From positions 35,852-99,851 of IMG/VR virus record IMGVR_UViG_3300020049_010822: a stretch of 64,000 nt of DNA. The stretch is one strand, 5' to 3'. The stretch's first letter is position 1; each line of letters starts with the position of its first letter. Source of the DNA: a virus. Its lineage: Duplodnaviria; Caudoviricetes. Below are positions 1-11,183 of the stretch, one piece after another. Both the position numbers and the translations under genes were made by a program. A model generated the notes under the pieces. The model saw only the letters and a list, made by a program, of their open reading frames with translations. It ran no database searches and had not been told where the DNA came from.

Positions 1-3
1 CTC

Positions 4-420
4 ATGTTATTTAATAAAGATTTACCGGAAAAACTTTCCGAATACTTACGAAACCATCAATCTTTCGTAGAAACATATGAACCGCATGAAGGTTACACTA
101 TGTTTGTATTCGCGCTACCAGAAAGCATAAAAGAAAGTTTTATTAATCCCGTGTTAGCTGGTAAATACTCTGAAGCGGATAAAGCTGTAGTTGACCTCTA
201 CTTTCCTAAGGATCCAAATCATGCCCGTTACGGGAATCGTTTAGTCTTTGACAAAAGCGATCTTTGGAGAACAGAATGGGAAAAAAAGATTGGTATTTCC
301 CTACCTGAAGAAGCAGAGGTTTGGTCGAAAGCTACTAAAAACACTGAAAATTATGGATATGTTGACCCAACTGAACTCGGCCTGGACGAACCTACTGACC
401 AATTGAAGGTCGGCGAGTAG
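4..420 (+). CDS. hypothetical phage protein (may extend upstream of window)
   Basis: 138-aa ORF ending in TAG, co-oriented with neighbours. Confidence 0.7.
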   Translation: MLFNKDLPEKLSEYLRNHQSFVETYEPHEGYTMFVFALPESIKESFINPVLAGKYSEADKAVVDLYFPKDPNHARYGNRLVFDKSDLWRTEWEKKIGISLPEEAEVWSKATKNTENYGYVDPTELGLDEPTDQLKVGE

Positions 421-451
421 ATACTCTAAAGTCGTATCAGATACAAATTTA

Positions 452-817
452 GTGAAGAAAATTGCGGAGCAGCCTTCTTTGGAGGCGTTTGCTCTTTCCG
501 TCTTGGGACTCACTGAAAAAGACCTTAATTCTATTAAGGTAGAAAAAGAAGATAAGCGTGAATATATCCGGTTGATGATTGAAACGTCTGACCCTTCATT
601 CGGAAGATTCATGACCCAAGCGTATCAGTTCTACCAAGGACTCCGCACTAGCGGCAGAGGGGACCGTAAAAAGTTGTTGAAGCTAGTTGACGCAGATGCA
701 ATATTGAAAACATTGCAAAAAAAGGCAGCCGCATTAAAAGTAGATTCGGATCTAGATGATGCCGCCGTCGAACTTTGTGTACTCCTTTACCGTTTAACTA
801 GAGCCAAAGCAGTATAG
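452..817 (+). CDS. hypothetical protein
   Basis: 121-aa ORF, GTG start, TAG stop. Confidence 0.65.
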   Translation: MKKIAEQPSLEAFALSVLGLTEKDLNSIKVEKEDKREYIRLMIETSDPSFGRFMTQAYQFYQGLRTSGRGDRKKLLKLVDADAILKTLQKKAAALKVDSDLDDAAVELCVLLYRLTRAKAV

Positions 818-849
818 CACCTGAAATGCGGCTTATTCAATATAAAACC

Positions 850-1400
850 CTAGCGATAGTGAAGTCGAAGAAATTATTGTTTTGGTGAATGAAAAGGAAC
901 CCGCTGGTCTACAACTATGTCAGAAAACACACGCCTTACTTCGTGTAAGAGTGAAAGAGTTAGATATCTAGGACCAGCGGAATCTCCTTTGCTTAAACAA
1001 AACAACCATAACCAAAATCCAGTAAGACGTTAGTTCCCTAACAATGTGTGAAGTAATAGTAGCCATAAATACTTCGGTGGAGGTATAGTTACGGAACGCT
1101 CCATTATTCAAAATAACATACTCTATGTAGCAAGCCAGTGTCCGTTCCCGATATGTAGGTTTGGAGTTAGCAGTAGCCAGAACTCACCCTTACTTTTTGT
1201 ATGTAGTGTTGTATCCGGAAGGATAGATAGGTATCACCTTTACCAGGAAGTAGCGAGAGGTAAGCCCGGTGGTTTTACACAAGTTGCTGTACTATAAAGG
1301 TATAAGTTAAAAACGATAGGGACTGGAGCATCTCTATTCACTCTGCAGAATGTTTTCTCAGAGGTAGCCACAACACGAGTTTTGAACAAGAAACTTTAAC
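850..1400 (+). ncRNA. candidate large structured non-coding RNA, family unassigned
   Basis: ~630 nt without a credible ORF; helices CCGCTGGTC(901-909)/GACCAGCGG(972-980) and AAAGGA(893-898)/TCCTTT(985-990); cUUCGg (1071-1078) and TATCC-GGAA-GGATA (1212-1225) tetraloop hairpins; followed by an intrinsic terminator. Confidence 0.4.
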
Positions 1401-1402
1401 AC

Positions 1403-1443
1403 CCTCGTCTAGCTTAACAGCTGGGCGGGGGTTTTTTATTTTT
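1403..1443 (+). terminator. intrinsic terminator
   Basis: CCCTCGTCTAGC-TTAACA-GCTGGGCGGGG hairpin followed by TTTTTTATTTTT. Confidence 0.75.
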
Positions 1444-1446
1444 AAC

Positions 1447-1851
1447 ATGAATCCTACGTATACTCTTGAAGAAGTAAAATTTGCCAAAAAAATATTATTT
1501 TCTCTAAGAGAAAAGCATGTTGTCTGGCCAAGAATCAAATTTGTTGAAACCGCTTTTTATGTTCGTCTTGACGATGAAATGTGGTTAGATATCTCCAAAG
1601 ATAAAAATTCTGCTTATGTGACTATTGATTGGGGGTTGTATAAACCTTTAATGATTCATCAACATATTACAATTCATAATCATCCCTCAGGTAAGATTAG
1701 TCCTTCTAACGGAGATTGGTTATATGCCAGGCATATAGACAACCATTTAAATTGTAATTGTTTATTTCATTTAATCATAGGTGCCAATTTTTCTCATCTT
1801 TGTATGTTTCAATATGGGAGAGGCATCTTACACATTTTCAATCCATGATAA
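1447..1851 (+). CDS. RadC-like JAB/MPN domain protein
   Basis: HNHPSG-x5-S-x2-D motif (IHNHPSGKISPSNGD); ends TGA-TAA, so it terminates under either genetic code. Confidence 0.7.
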
Positions 1852-2063
1852 TACCATTAAATAGTACGCAGGAACAAGAAATAGCTTTAATTCCAGAAAA
1901 AGGAAAGGGTTATCACTATGTCTACATATATCTTCGAGGTCCGATTCCTTCAAGGCAATTGTTTCGGTTTAAAACACTTGTTTTTGGAGGTCAGAAAATG
2001 CCTTGGCCAGTGCAGATAGGGCAGCCAAAAGAATATTCGTTTGAAAAATTCACCAAAATTTAG
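1845..2063 (+). CDS. hypothetical protein
   Basis: ATG at 1845 overlaps the previous stop (ATGATAA); in frame with track ORF 1758..2063. Confidence 0.5.
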   Translation: MIIPLNSTQEQEIALIPEKGKGYHYVYIYLRGPIPSRQLFRFKTLVFGGQKMPWPVQIGQPKEYSFEKFTKI

Positions 2064-2071
2064 AATACATC

Positions 2072-2473
2072 ATGAGCAAGAACAAAAAAGGATTAGGAAC
2101 CCCAGAAGAAATCGCCAAAAGAGATATCAATTCGTATACTTACGAAATGGTACTTCCCGCAAAGCCAAGACTACGTCGAGATGTGCGTAGATCTGTTGTA
2201 AAGCTTAAAAAGGAAACACAAGCAATTCTTAATAAGGAGTTGTTTAACCATCGTCGAGCTTTAAATTGGCAGTACGACGGGATTTTTCCGGCAGAAGCGT
2301 ACAATACGCCCACAGCTAAGAAAGAAGGAAAGATGCGTCCTTCTATTGTGAATCTTCATCAGCTAGCTCGTACCGGTTCGCGGAACACTTCCGAAATCAA
2401 CCGTCTTGCCCGCATTGAGCGTCGTCGTAAATGGGAACAAATGAATGCTGAAGTAATGGGCTTAATTGCGTAA
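2072..2473 (+). CDS. basic hypothetical protein
   Basis: 133-aa K/R-rich ORF with ATG start. Confidence 0.65.
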   Translation: MSKNKKGLGTPEEIAKRDINSYTYEMVLPAKPRLRRDVRRSVVKLKKETQAILNKELFNHRRALNWQYDGIFPAEAYNTPTAKKEGKMRPSIVNLHQLARTGSRNTSEINRLARIERRRKWEQMNAEVMGLIA

Positions 2474-2477
2474 TCAA

Positions 2478-2765
2478 ATGGAGAAAAAGCTTTATATAGT
2501 TTCAATCCATTCTCATGGAGGTAGCTTTTGGGAAGCCTCTGGAACTCATCATCTCGTTGAACTCACTGAAAAGGAACACAAGCGACTTGCTGAAAAATAT
2601 CAGTACAAAGAGATTGGTCCAGAGCGATTCGTATGTATAACTCCCATTGAAGAGATATACACAGCCCCTGAAATATTAGACGTGATAATGACTGATATTA
2701 AGGAGCATGAATACGAAGATGATGAAGACGACAACAATGAAACCGTACACGAATCAATAACTTAA
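2478..2765 (+). CDS. hypothetical protein, paralog A
   Basis: MEKKLYIVSIHSHGGS..., similar to the next ORF, acidic tail. Confidence 0.65.
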   Translation: MEKKLYIVSIHSHGGSFWEASGTHHLVELTEKEHKRLAEKYQYKEIGPERFVCITPIEEIYTAPEILDVIMTDIKEHEYEDDEDDNNETVHESIT

Positions 2766-2769
2766 CATC

Positions 2770-3030
2770 ATGAGTCAAAAAAAGAAAGTTTATTTAATCT
2801 CTCTACACAGTTTTCAGGGTAGTATGAGAGAATCTACCGGCGATCATTTTGTTGCTTCTCTTTCAGAGGAAGAGGTAATAAAATTAGAAAAAGAAGTAGC
2901 AGGGATGCACGAAGAGAAAGAAATGTTTATTGAACCGGTGACTGAATTACTGCAATTTTCTGATGTTTTAGTTAAAGCACGTGAGTTTATGAACGAAGGC
3001 TTTGAAGAAAATACCGAGTTAGAAGAGTAA
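2770..3030 (+). CDS. hypothetical protein, paralog B
   Basis: MSQKKKVYLISLHSFQGS..., similar to the previous ORF. Confidence 0.65.
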   Translation: MSQKKKVYLISLHSFQGSMRESTGDHFVASLSEEEVIKLEKEVAGMHEEKEMFIEPVTELLQFSDVLVKAREFMNEGFEENTELEE

Positions 3031-3032
3031 AA

Positions 3033-3080
3033 ACAAAAAAGGGACAGTGACCGTTATGGCCGCTGTCCCTAATTTTTTCT
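3033..3080. terminator. bidirectional intrinsic terminator between convergent modules
   Basis: A-run, GGGACAGTGACC-GTTAT-GGCCGCTGTCCC, T-run. Confidence 0.85.
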
Positions 3081-3086
3081 ATACTC

Positions 3087-6000
3087 TTATCTGACTGGAA
3101 TTATCCCAAAGATAAATTCTTGATCTTGCTCTTCGTTGTTGAAGGCGTCTTGCATTTGTAACGCTCCAGATCCCCAAGGAGTAGCTCTAAGAACTGTCTT
3201 AGCTCCTGTAGGCCATCCATCTGAGTTCCGTTCTCCAGTAACACCGGCAGCCATTAACTCAAAAAAAGCTTTACCTGTTTTAGCTACTTTCTCTAAAGCT
3301 ACTACTGGTTTTTCAATAGTACCTAAAAGATCATATGGAGAGGCTCCACGAGTTAAGTCATCAATTGTTCTACGAATAGATTTTCCGATGTATGATTTTT
3401 CATCATCGTCGTCTAAGGAAATGTAGAATATACTTAACAACATTGCAAACCATAGTCCAGTATTGATTGCAGCTCCTAATGCTCTTGCTCTATGTCCTTT
3501 TAAAGTGTTGGCTCCAAACTTATCTGTATCTTGTAAATACTTTCTTAATTCTTTTATAGAACGTTTTGAAGCTAGTGTACCTATCGATCCTGCTAGTACT
3601 CTTAGCTGCCCTTCCATGATATCCGAGTGCCATTGATATACAGGCATTCCATCTGGACGTTTACCTATCATTACATTCTTACCTACTGTAATATCTTTGT
3701 AAGGGTCGGCGTAAAGCACTTTGAGATATTGATAAAAGTACTTATGAAATTGAAGTATAAAATCACCTATTACGGTAGATTCTATAGCTGTCTTCTCTTC
3801 TTTACGATAGGAACCGTTAAGCTTCTCATAAGCACGCTTCATAGATTTTATTTCAAGCGGTGTAAGATCTGTAAGTTCTTCTACTATACCATTACCTTTA
3901 TCTAAAACACCCCTTACTCCTAATTTCCAATTACCTTTTTCATCATAAGCATCCCACATAGATACTTCCTTACCATCTTTATCTTGGATTTTAGTACCTT
4001 GCATTATACCAGCAAGTTGCCACATCGCTCCAAAAGTTTCCCCTATGTTATAGAACATAAAGGCGTGTGAGGTAGGAGATAATTGGATAGCTTTAGAAAG
4101 TAATCTATCATTATTAACTTCATAAGGATAGTTATCAGGTAACCAATCGAATTTTTTAGCTATATTCCACAACTTAGACTCATCTTCTCTACCAGTCATC
4201 TTATATTGGATATAATCTTTAAGAGCAACTGAAGCTCCTCTAGCATCTATACCTTCAAAGGTTTCTGGAGGTACACCTATAATACGAGACATTCCACTGT
4301 TAACTAGGTTTCTAGTGGATTGAGTCATGTTAGCTAACGAAATCATGACTGCGTTACGAAGTGGTGCAAATACTTTAAACGACATTACAGAATAAGTAAC
4401 CGAAGATTTAATAGCTCTAACCACCTTATCTTGAGAAACTATGTACGGAGTTCCTGCAGCTATACCAGTAAGCTTAGATCCAATCACCCCCATCTTTCTA
4501 TTCCAACGTTTAGAGGTAACTTTAACCTCTTTATTCTTATCTAGAATTTGAGTGTAAATTTCATCATCTAACCATTGAGTAAGATTAGGATATCTAGGAT
4601 TACCATCTTCATCAAACTCTTCTCTAAGCGCATTAGAAGTACCTACTGCAATGTCGTAGATTGGATCCATATTCTCTTTATATGCCATAGAAGCCATAAA
4701 GCTTTTAAATGAAGCTTCTACATTCCAAGAGTGATTACCTTCTTTTACTGCCATAGATCCTGAATGCTTGAAGTACTTAAGTGGTATAGGAGAATCTGTA
4801 CTAGAGTAAGTATCTTCCAAGAAGGATGTTAAGTTTCTCTTTATGGAATCGCCTAGAACAGTCTTTATTCCTGCAAAGTTGGCTAGGAAAGCTTCTTCTT
4901 CTCGCACTTCAGATATGTCCTTAGGAATACGAGGCATAAAATCTTCAGGAAGTGTTTGAGGTAGATTTAAATCCATATACCTATAAATAGGAAAGTTTTC
5001 ATCTCCGTTTTTGTATCCCACTACTGTATTAGCAAACCTCTCATATTCTTTAGACATAGATACTCGAATGAAATCTCTATATGCTTTTTGAGCAGGAGTC
5101 ATTTCAGATATCACTCCATCTGACTCATAAGTATTAGAAGTGTTTAAGAAGTACCCTGGGTTAGCTATATCTTCAGACTTTCTCCACATGAATGCAAAGT
5201 GTTGCCTTGTAGTCTTATTTAAATATCTCTGTGCTACTTTATGAGCCACCAATGTTACTCCTAAGCCCACAAAACTAAATGTGAATAAACTCGAAGTAAG
5301 CGCAATTAAAGCCGCAAAATCAAGTGTCTTTCTTAAAGCTGGATTCTCTGATATAACTAAATCTTTGTAAAGTTTATCATGCTGTTCGTTGAAGGATAAA
5401 TTTGATTTGACAATTTTATCTTTTGCATCCATAAGTAATTTATGGAGTGTCTGCACTTTAGTGTTAGATATGTCAGAGAAGTTTTTAAAGCCTCCAATAA
5501 AAGGATAGGTAGGAATGTCTCCTAACTTAGCATTAAGATCTGTACCTACAAGCTTCTCAAGTTCTAAGAGTGCATTAGTATACACAGCGGAAAGAGTAGA
5601 AATATTACTATCTCTTTCAATCTGAGCTTTTGTTTTACCCTTATGAAGAGCAGATATCTTTGTCTTTAAATATAGTATTTGATCTGGATATTCAAGATGG
5701 GCTATCCTATCCATTACAGAATCTAAAGAAGCATCTGTTCCTTCATATGTAGTAGCGTCTAACAGCTTCTTATCTAATAAAGTCTTGTAAACATCTGGAA
5801 AGTTTTGCTTGTAGAAATCTCCTATAGTGTATAGATAAGGTTGTAGATCTAGAGTCATCGCAGTTGCTTGACCTTTGTGGTCTAAACGTATCAGTTTTAT
5901 AGACCTGAATCCCATATCTGGATATTGAGATTTTAGGATCAGTGCTCTAAACGCTAGTTCCAAATAACCGCGAGATAATTTAGAATCTTGTATATCGTAC

Positions 6001-7658
6001 TTCTCTCCATACTGCATAAGATAAGGAGTGTTGTTATCAGAAGTGATGCCTCCAGTCTTCCAGTCTAAAAGAGTCATATCTCCATTCGCGTGCTGAACAA
6101 TACCATCCGCAGTAGTAGCAATAGGCTTGCCATTTGTGTCTACAAGTAGATCAGATTTCAAAATAATCTCTGATGCTATTCGATCTTGTTTAGCTTTAGG
6201 AATACCTAGAGTACCATCTACATCTATCTTAAGACCCGCCACCTTGATAATGTCTGAAAGATTCTCTACAAAGTTTTTAAGATTAGGATGGGTTTCTAAA
6301 GTGTAGAAGGACTCCCCGTATTGCTTTGCGTATTGTAGTGCAATCTCTTTAGCTTGTTTTCTAGTAGCTACATCTGTTTCGAGTAGGTATTGCATAAAGG
6401 CGTGCACCATCTTACCAAATACTCTACCCTTACCTAAGATTAATTCTTCAAGCTCTACAACTTCATTAAATGTCTTTGGAACACCTTCAAGTAAAACAGT
6501 TTCAGTAATTTGTTCTGCTTTCTTGTTCTTAACATCTATACCTCTAGAAGCGAAGAAGTCCCTAGCTTTAGCAGTGGCATAAGATTCTTTAAAACGACGT
6601 GCCTTAGTAGAGAAAGCTCCATGCTCCTTATCTCCTACAAAAACAGTAAGACGTGTAGCTACTTCCTTTCCATCTAAATCCTTATAATAATTAGAATCAT
6701 CGTCCGTAACCAGTTTTGGGTTATCGGACCTAATTTTTTCTATATAATCAATAGGCTTCTCTTTCTTTCTAGATATCTTATTCTCTATGTCGTCTATTAG
6801 AATATCTACTTTCTTATAAGCAGAAGTAAGCGTATTTTCTTTAGATAGATCTAATCCTTTCTCCGCTACTTTAAAAAGATCAGCAAGTGTGGTAGCCGAG
6901 TCTATAGTAACGTTAGAAGATATGTTTAATATTCTACGAATAAACTCAAAGAACTGTTGTAGATAAGAACTAAACGTTCTCTTTGTAGATTGAGATTCTA
7001 AGTAATCAGTGACTACCTCTTCTTCATCTTCTCTGCGATCTCCTAGATTCCTAGCTTGTTCTAATATTGATTGGTATAGAACATTATTTCTAATCCGAAG
7101 CGTTCTAACGAAAGGGTGAAAGTATTCGTGGATTGGAGTACTCTCTGTAGCAAAAGCTGTATTGATATAGACTATCTTATTACCCCCATCGTTTACATAT
7201 CTACCTGCCCATTTTTGATTAGGTTCATGTATTACTCTAAAGGGAATGTTAAACTTCTTGGATAAAACATTTAACATCTTATCCATAGAGGTAGGAATAG
7301 AATCGGCATTAATATAATCTGCAGAAGCCTCCGGAAACAATAGCATATTACCTGCTGGAGTTTCTACTAAATCTCCTTTAAGTGTTGCCTCAATACCTGC
7401 AAACCTTAATGCAAATGCCTCTACCATACTTGGGATAGAATTATCTCCTCCCGTTATAGGATTTAGATAAGTAGCATATTTAATCGAATAGTGCTCTGGA
7501 TTTTCTGCTATTGCTAATTTTAATGCTAGCTTGATCTGCGTATTGGTTTGCGCTGTTATAGTATCAGATTTAAAATAGTGTATAGTAGCTAAAGTTTCAT
7601 TTTGATACTGCGCCATCAAGTCCTTTCAGAGTTGACTAGATTTTAGTGGGCATTGCAT
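3087..7658 (-). CDS. giant virion cargo / polyvalent protein (~1523 aa) with zincin-like HExxH and PD-(D/E)xK nuclease domains; TGA=Trp at codon 11
   Basis: Start MQCPLKSSQL[TGA 7626-7628]KDLMAQ is in frame with track ORF 3087..7619; PIHEYFH; GKMVHAF...TADGIV...LLDWKTG nuclease motifs; hydrophobic segment FAALIALTSSLFTFSFVGLGVTLVA. Confidence 0.85.
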
Positions 7659-7661
7659 ATT

Positions 7662-10600
7662 TTAACATTTTATAGTTGTTTCGTATATCTTTAAGAAGTC
7701 TTCTAGTGACATATTATCAGATTGGATAAGATTAAAAACTTCAGGTCCAAATTCTATTAAATTTAAAAATTTGTCTTGAATTTCAGTAACAAAGAAATAC
7801 TTACCATTACCAGCACTAACAAAGTCTCCAGCTTGTATATTTTTATTTCTCATCTCCCCTTTTATTTTCGCAGTGTGGGTATGAGTAGTATTAATAGACG
7901 GAATTATTTCAGCCCCATTATTAAACACCCAAGAGAGCAGTTCTTGTTCCTTAAGAGCAGTCTTTAATGCTCCTATCTTTTCATTCATCTCTTCCTCCCT
8001 TTCTCTAAATGGTTCTAAGAAACCTATCTTATCTCTAAGCGCCTTAGCGATTTTATTTCTAAGGGTAGGATTACTATTTAAAGGATTTAAGATGCTGCCA
8101 TCTACATAATAGTTTAGATTCTTATCAAGCTTCTCAACTGCAGATAATATATGGTTAGTAATCCCAGTTAATTCTTCCATTGTAGCATTTGGAGGCAGTT
8201 CAGCTATGGGTAATTTTATAGCCGTGCTTTCATCTGTACCCTCGTTAGAAAGAAGTCTGGCTCTTTTATTTTTAAATTGTATATCTCTATACTCTTTTAA
8301 ATTACTAACAGTTACCACTGTACCAAGATTTTCGTTTAGAAACTTAGCCATAAAGTTCTTTAAATCTACTGCTTCATCTGTCTTAGTAATTGGAAAAGAA
8401 CCTTTATAAGTTAGAGCGTATACTATCTTATCTGGCAACTTTGAAACTTTATCCACAGCGTAGTATCTTATAGTATTAGCAGAGGCTGAACTTTTAGGAA
8501 AGGCATATATTACTTGTCCTTTTTCAAACTCGTGAGTTCTATAATCAGTAGTTAGTTTACCTTGAATTATATTAGACGTATTTACTATGGGGTACTTTCC
8601 AGATTGAAGCGCCCCTAAATCTAAGGAAGCGTCTAGTTCTGAAGGCTCAAAATGATAAAATCTACTGCCAGAGTTTTCAGTTAATTTTGTATAGTATGAA
8701 AAAGGCGAGCCAGGTGTTTTTATTAACAAATAAATACTATCATCATACCTACGTAAAAACTTAGCACTAGTATCAGAGTAAGGTTTCTCGTACTTTAAAT
8801 CAAAGTATATATCAGTTCCATCTACATTATCAACACCAGCAAAAGATTCTTGAGTTCTGTCAGCTGTCTTTGTGCTTCTTTGTAAGACCGGTTTTAACTT
8901 AGTAGTTTTAGATACTAAAGAAGGATTATTCTTTAAAAACTGAAACATAAATCTATCCTTAAGTATTGCTAAGTTTAGATCTGTTTTAGATTCCCCCTTA
9001 GGTATTACACTATTTAATCTTTGGTCTAATGCTACCCCATATTTAACTACCCAGTGAGCCGGGAATATTAAAGCGAAGCCTGTCTTTTCGTAATACATGG
9101 CTTCTCCCATTAAGGCATACTTAAACAAATCTTGAGCTCAATCGGCACGAGTATATCCAGAAGATATCTCTGTAGAATCCTGCGTTAATTTCAAAAACGC
9201 ATCTCTAATCTCTTCTAATACTTCCTCATCATTAACTTTATCGCCTATAATCTGAAGTTTAGATAATCCATTATTCTCTATACTTGGTTCCAAAGCTCTA
9301 ACAAAAGAGTTAGTTTCTAGATCAGGAGAATCTATTAAAGTAATAGCTTTATTTACAAAGATTTGAGCCCAAGCTTCTTTGCCTCTTAGCATCTGAGAGG
9401 CCGTAGTATACTCTATCGTGTCTGGTATGTTAGTAGTGAAAGTCTTATTTTCTAATTCAAAAGTCAGATTAGAAGCTAAAAATTTAATAAGTTCCTTACT
9501 AACTATATCCACTTTCTCTAGCTCATCTGTTCCAGTATAAATATTAGCTTCTTTTAGAAGAGCCTTTATGAAGTTCTGAACTACAGGATTATACACAGCA
9601 AAACTGTTCTCAAGTATAGATTTAAGTTGTAATAAAGATTTGTAAGTAGCAAATACGTGTGGTATTCTTAGTATGGCTACATTACTAAACACACTGTTTG
9701 CTCGCTCAACAGTTCGATTAACTCCTCCTCTAAGAACCCTGTTTACAAAAGAGGCTCTAATAGAAGCAGAGAGAGTTCCAAAAAGCTTGCTGTTCTTTCC
9801 GCTTGTGGCTGTACTCACTTCTGCTTCAGCCATCTTATCAGCTTCTTCTGCGTTCTCTTCAAATTTAAGTTTATAATCTTCACTTTGAGTTTTGTAATTA
9901 TTCAGCAGTTCCGCCTTTACAGCCGCTTTAATATTAGACGATGTGTTTACTTCATCCCTAAATTGGTTATGTTTCTCAATCTTGTCGATTAAAGAATCCA
10001 CTTTCCATTTCTTATTCGGAAGACTTCTTAAAGCTCCAAATATTTGCGCGTATTCAAACAACTCTTCTCCCACAGGAATAATCTTATGTATAGAAGCCAT
10101 TACTACAGCATTGGATAACAAAGTAAGATCATCACTAGCTTTACCTACATAAATCTTATCTAAAATTTCTGTTTTAATATCTAGATTTTCTAGTACATCC
10201 ATCAACTTTCCTTCCTTTATATCGGATAGTATACTTGCCACACTGTTCTTGCCTGTATATTCTTTTAAAACTTCCGTTAAAGCTTCATCAGATAGAGCAG
10301 ATATAGACTTTAGTAAATCGTCTATATAATTTTCTTTTATAATTTTGGCGCTCCATCTAGAATTCTCATTTGCCTCCATTAGCAGCGGAGTCTTAAATAT
10401 TTTAGAGACTGTGTTAAGAGGTACCCCCATGCCTAACATAGTTAAATAGGTGTTAGCATTAACTCCAGTGATACCTAGAACAGATAACTTTTGTTCTTTT
10501 ACGTTATCTATGGCAAGGTTAATAACAGTATCAATAGTCTCGAAGTTGTTTATCTCTTTTCCATTAGGACTTAACTCCTTAATGGTAGTCCTTCTCATAG

Positions 10601-11183
10601 TATTAGCTTTAACGCCATCTATAGAAAGGGAGTTCTTTGGTGTCAATTCCACCACTTCTCTTGCGTGTACTTTATATCTATTAGACTTTTCTAGTAGGGC
10701 TTCAGCAGAGTAAACACCCTCTTCTTTTAGAAGTGTTTTAAAATCATCTAATTTGGTTTCAATGATGTCTCCTGTTTTAGTATCCAATACCGCAGATATG
10801 GTAGCTCCATCTAAAACATATCCAAATGTTTTACCAAAGTTAGCGGATATGCCTGTAAGATCAATACCTGCATAAGTATTATATCTAATCTCTTCTTGTA
10901 CTGAATAGTCAGTAAGTTGTCCTGAAGGATTCAATTGCTCTTCTACTTCTTCAGCACTTAATAATCCTTGAGTGATTATACCTTTTTTTTCACGTTCCAA
11001 TCTAGCCCACATCTCGGATAGGGATTCTGGAGATTGTTCTGTATTATATTTAGAAACTATATCCAAGGCAAGTTTGGTGGGAGAATCTCCTAAGAGACTC
11101 CCCACACCGTTTACCAATACATAGTCTTTAAATTCTTCTTGAGTGTATTCTACACCCTTAAAAATTATTTTACAATTTAACAT
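7662..11183 (-). CDS. virion RNA polymerase, C-terminal subunit (~1173 aa); TGA=Trp at 9138-9140
   Basis: Track ORFs 9138..11183 and 7662..9128 join in frame (GAT TGA GCT CAA GAT TTG TTT); carries GIDLTGISAN and LAIDNVKE blocks typical of the region after the catalytic loop in crAss-type RNAPs. Confidence 0.75.

Noticed and set aside
818-1443. CRISPR mini-array, tmRNA or group I intron
   Set aside because: No regularly spaced direct repeats, no tRNA-like ends, none of the core words found in the two real introns, and the flanking genes are complete
1338-1538. Minus-strand 66-aa ORF ending in TGA
   Set aside because: Antisense to the JAB gene and terminator; not treated as evidence of a TGA stop
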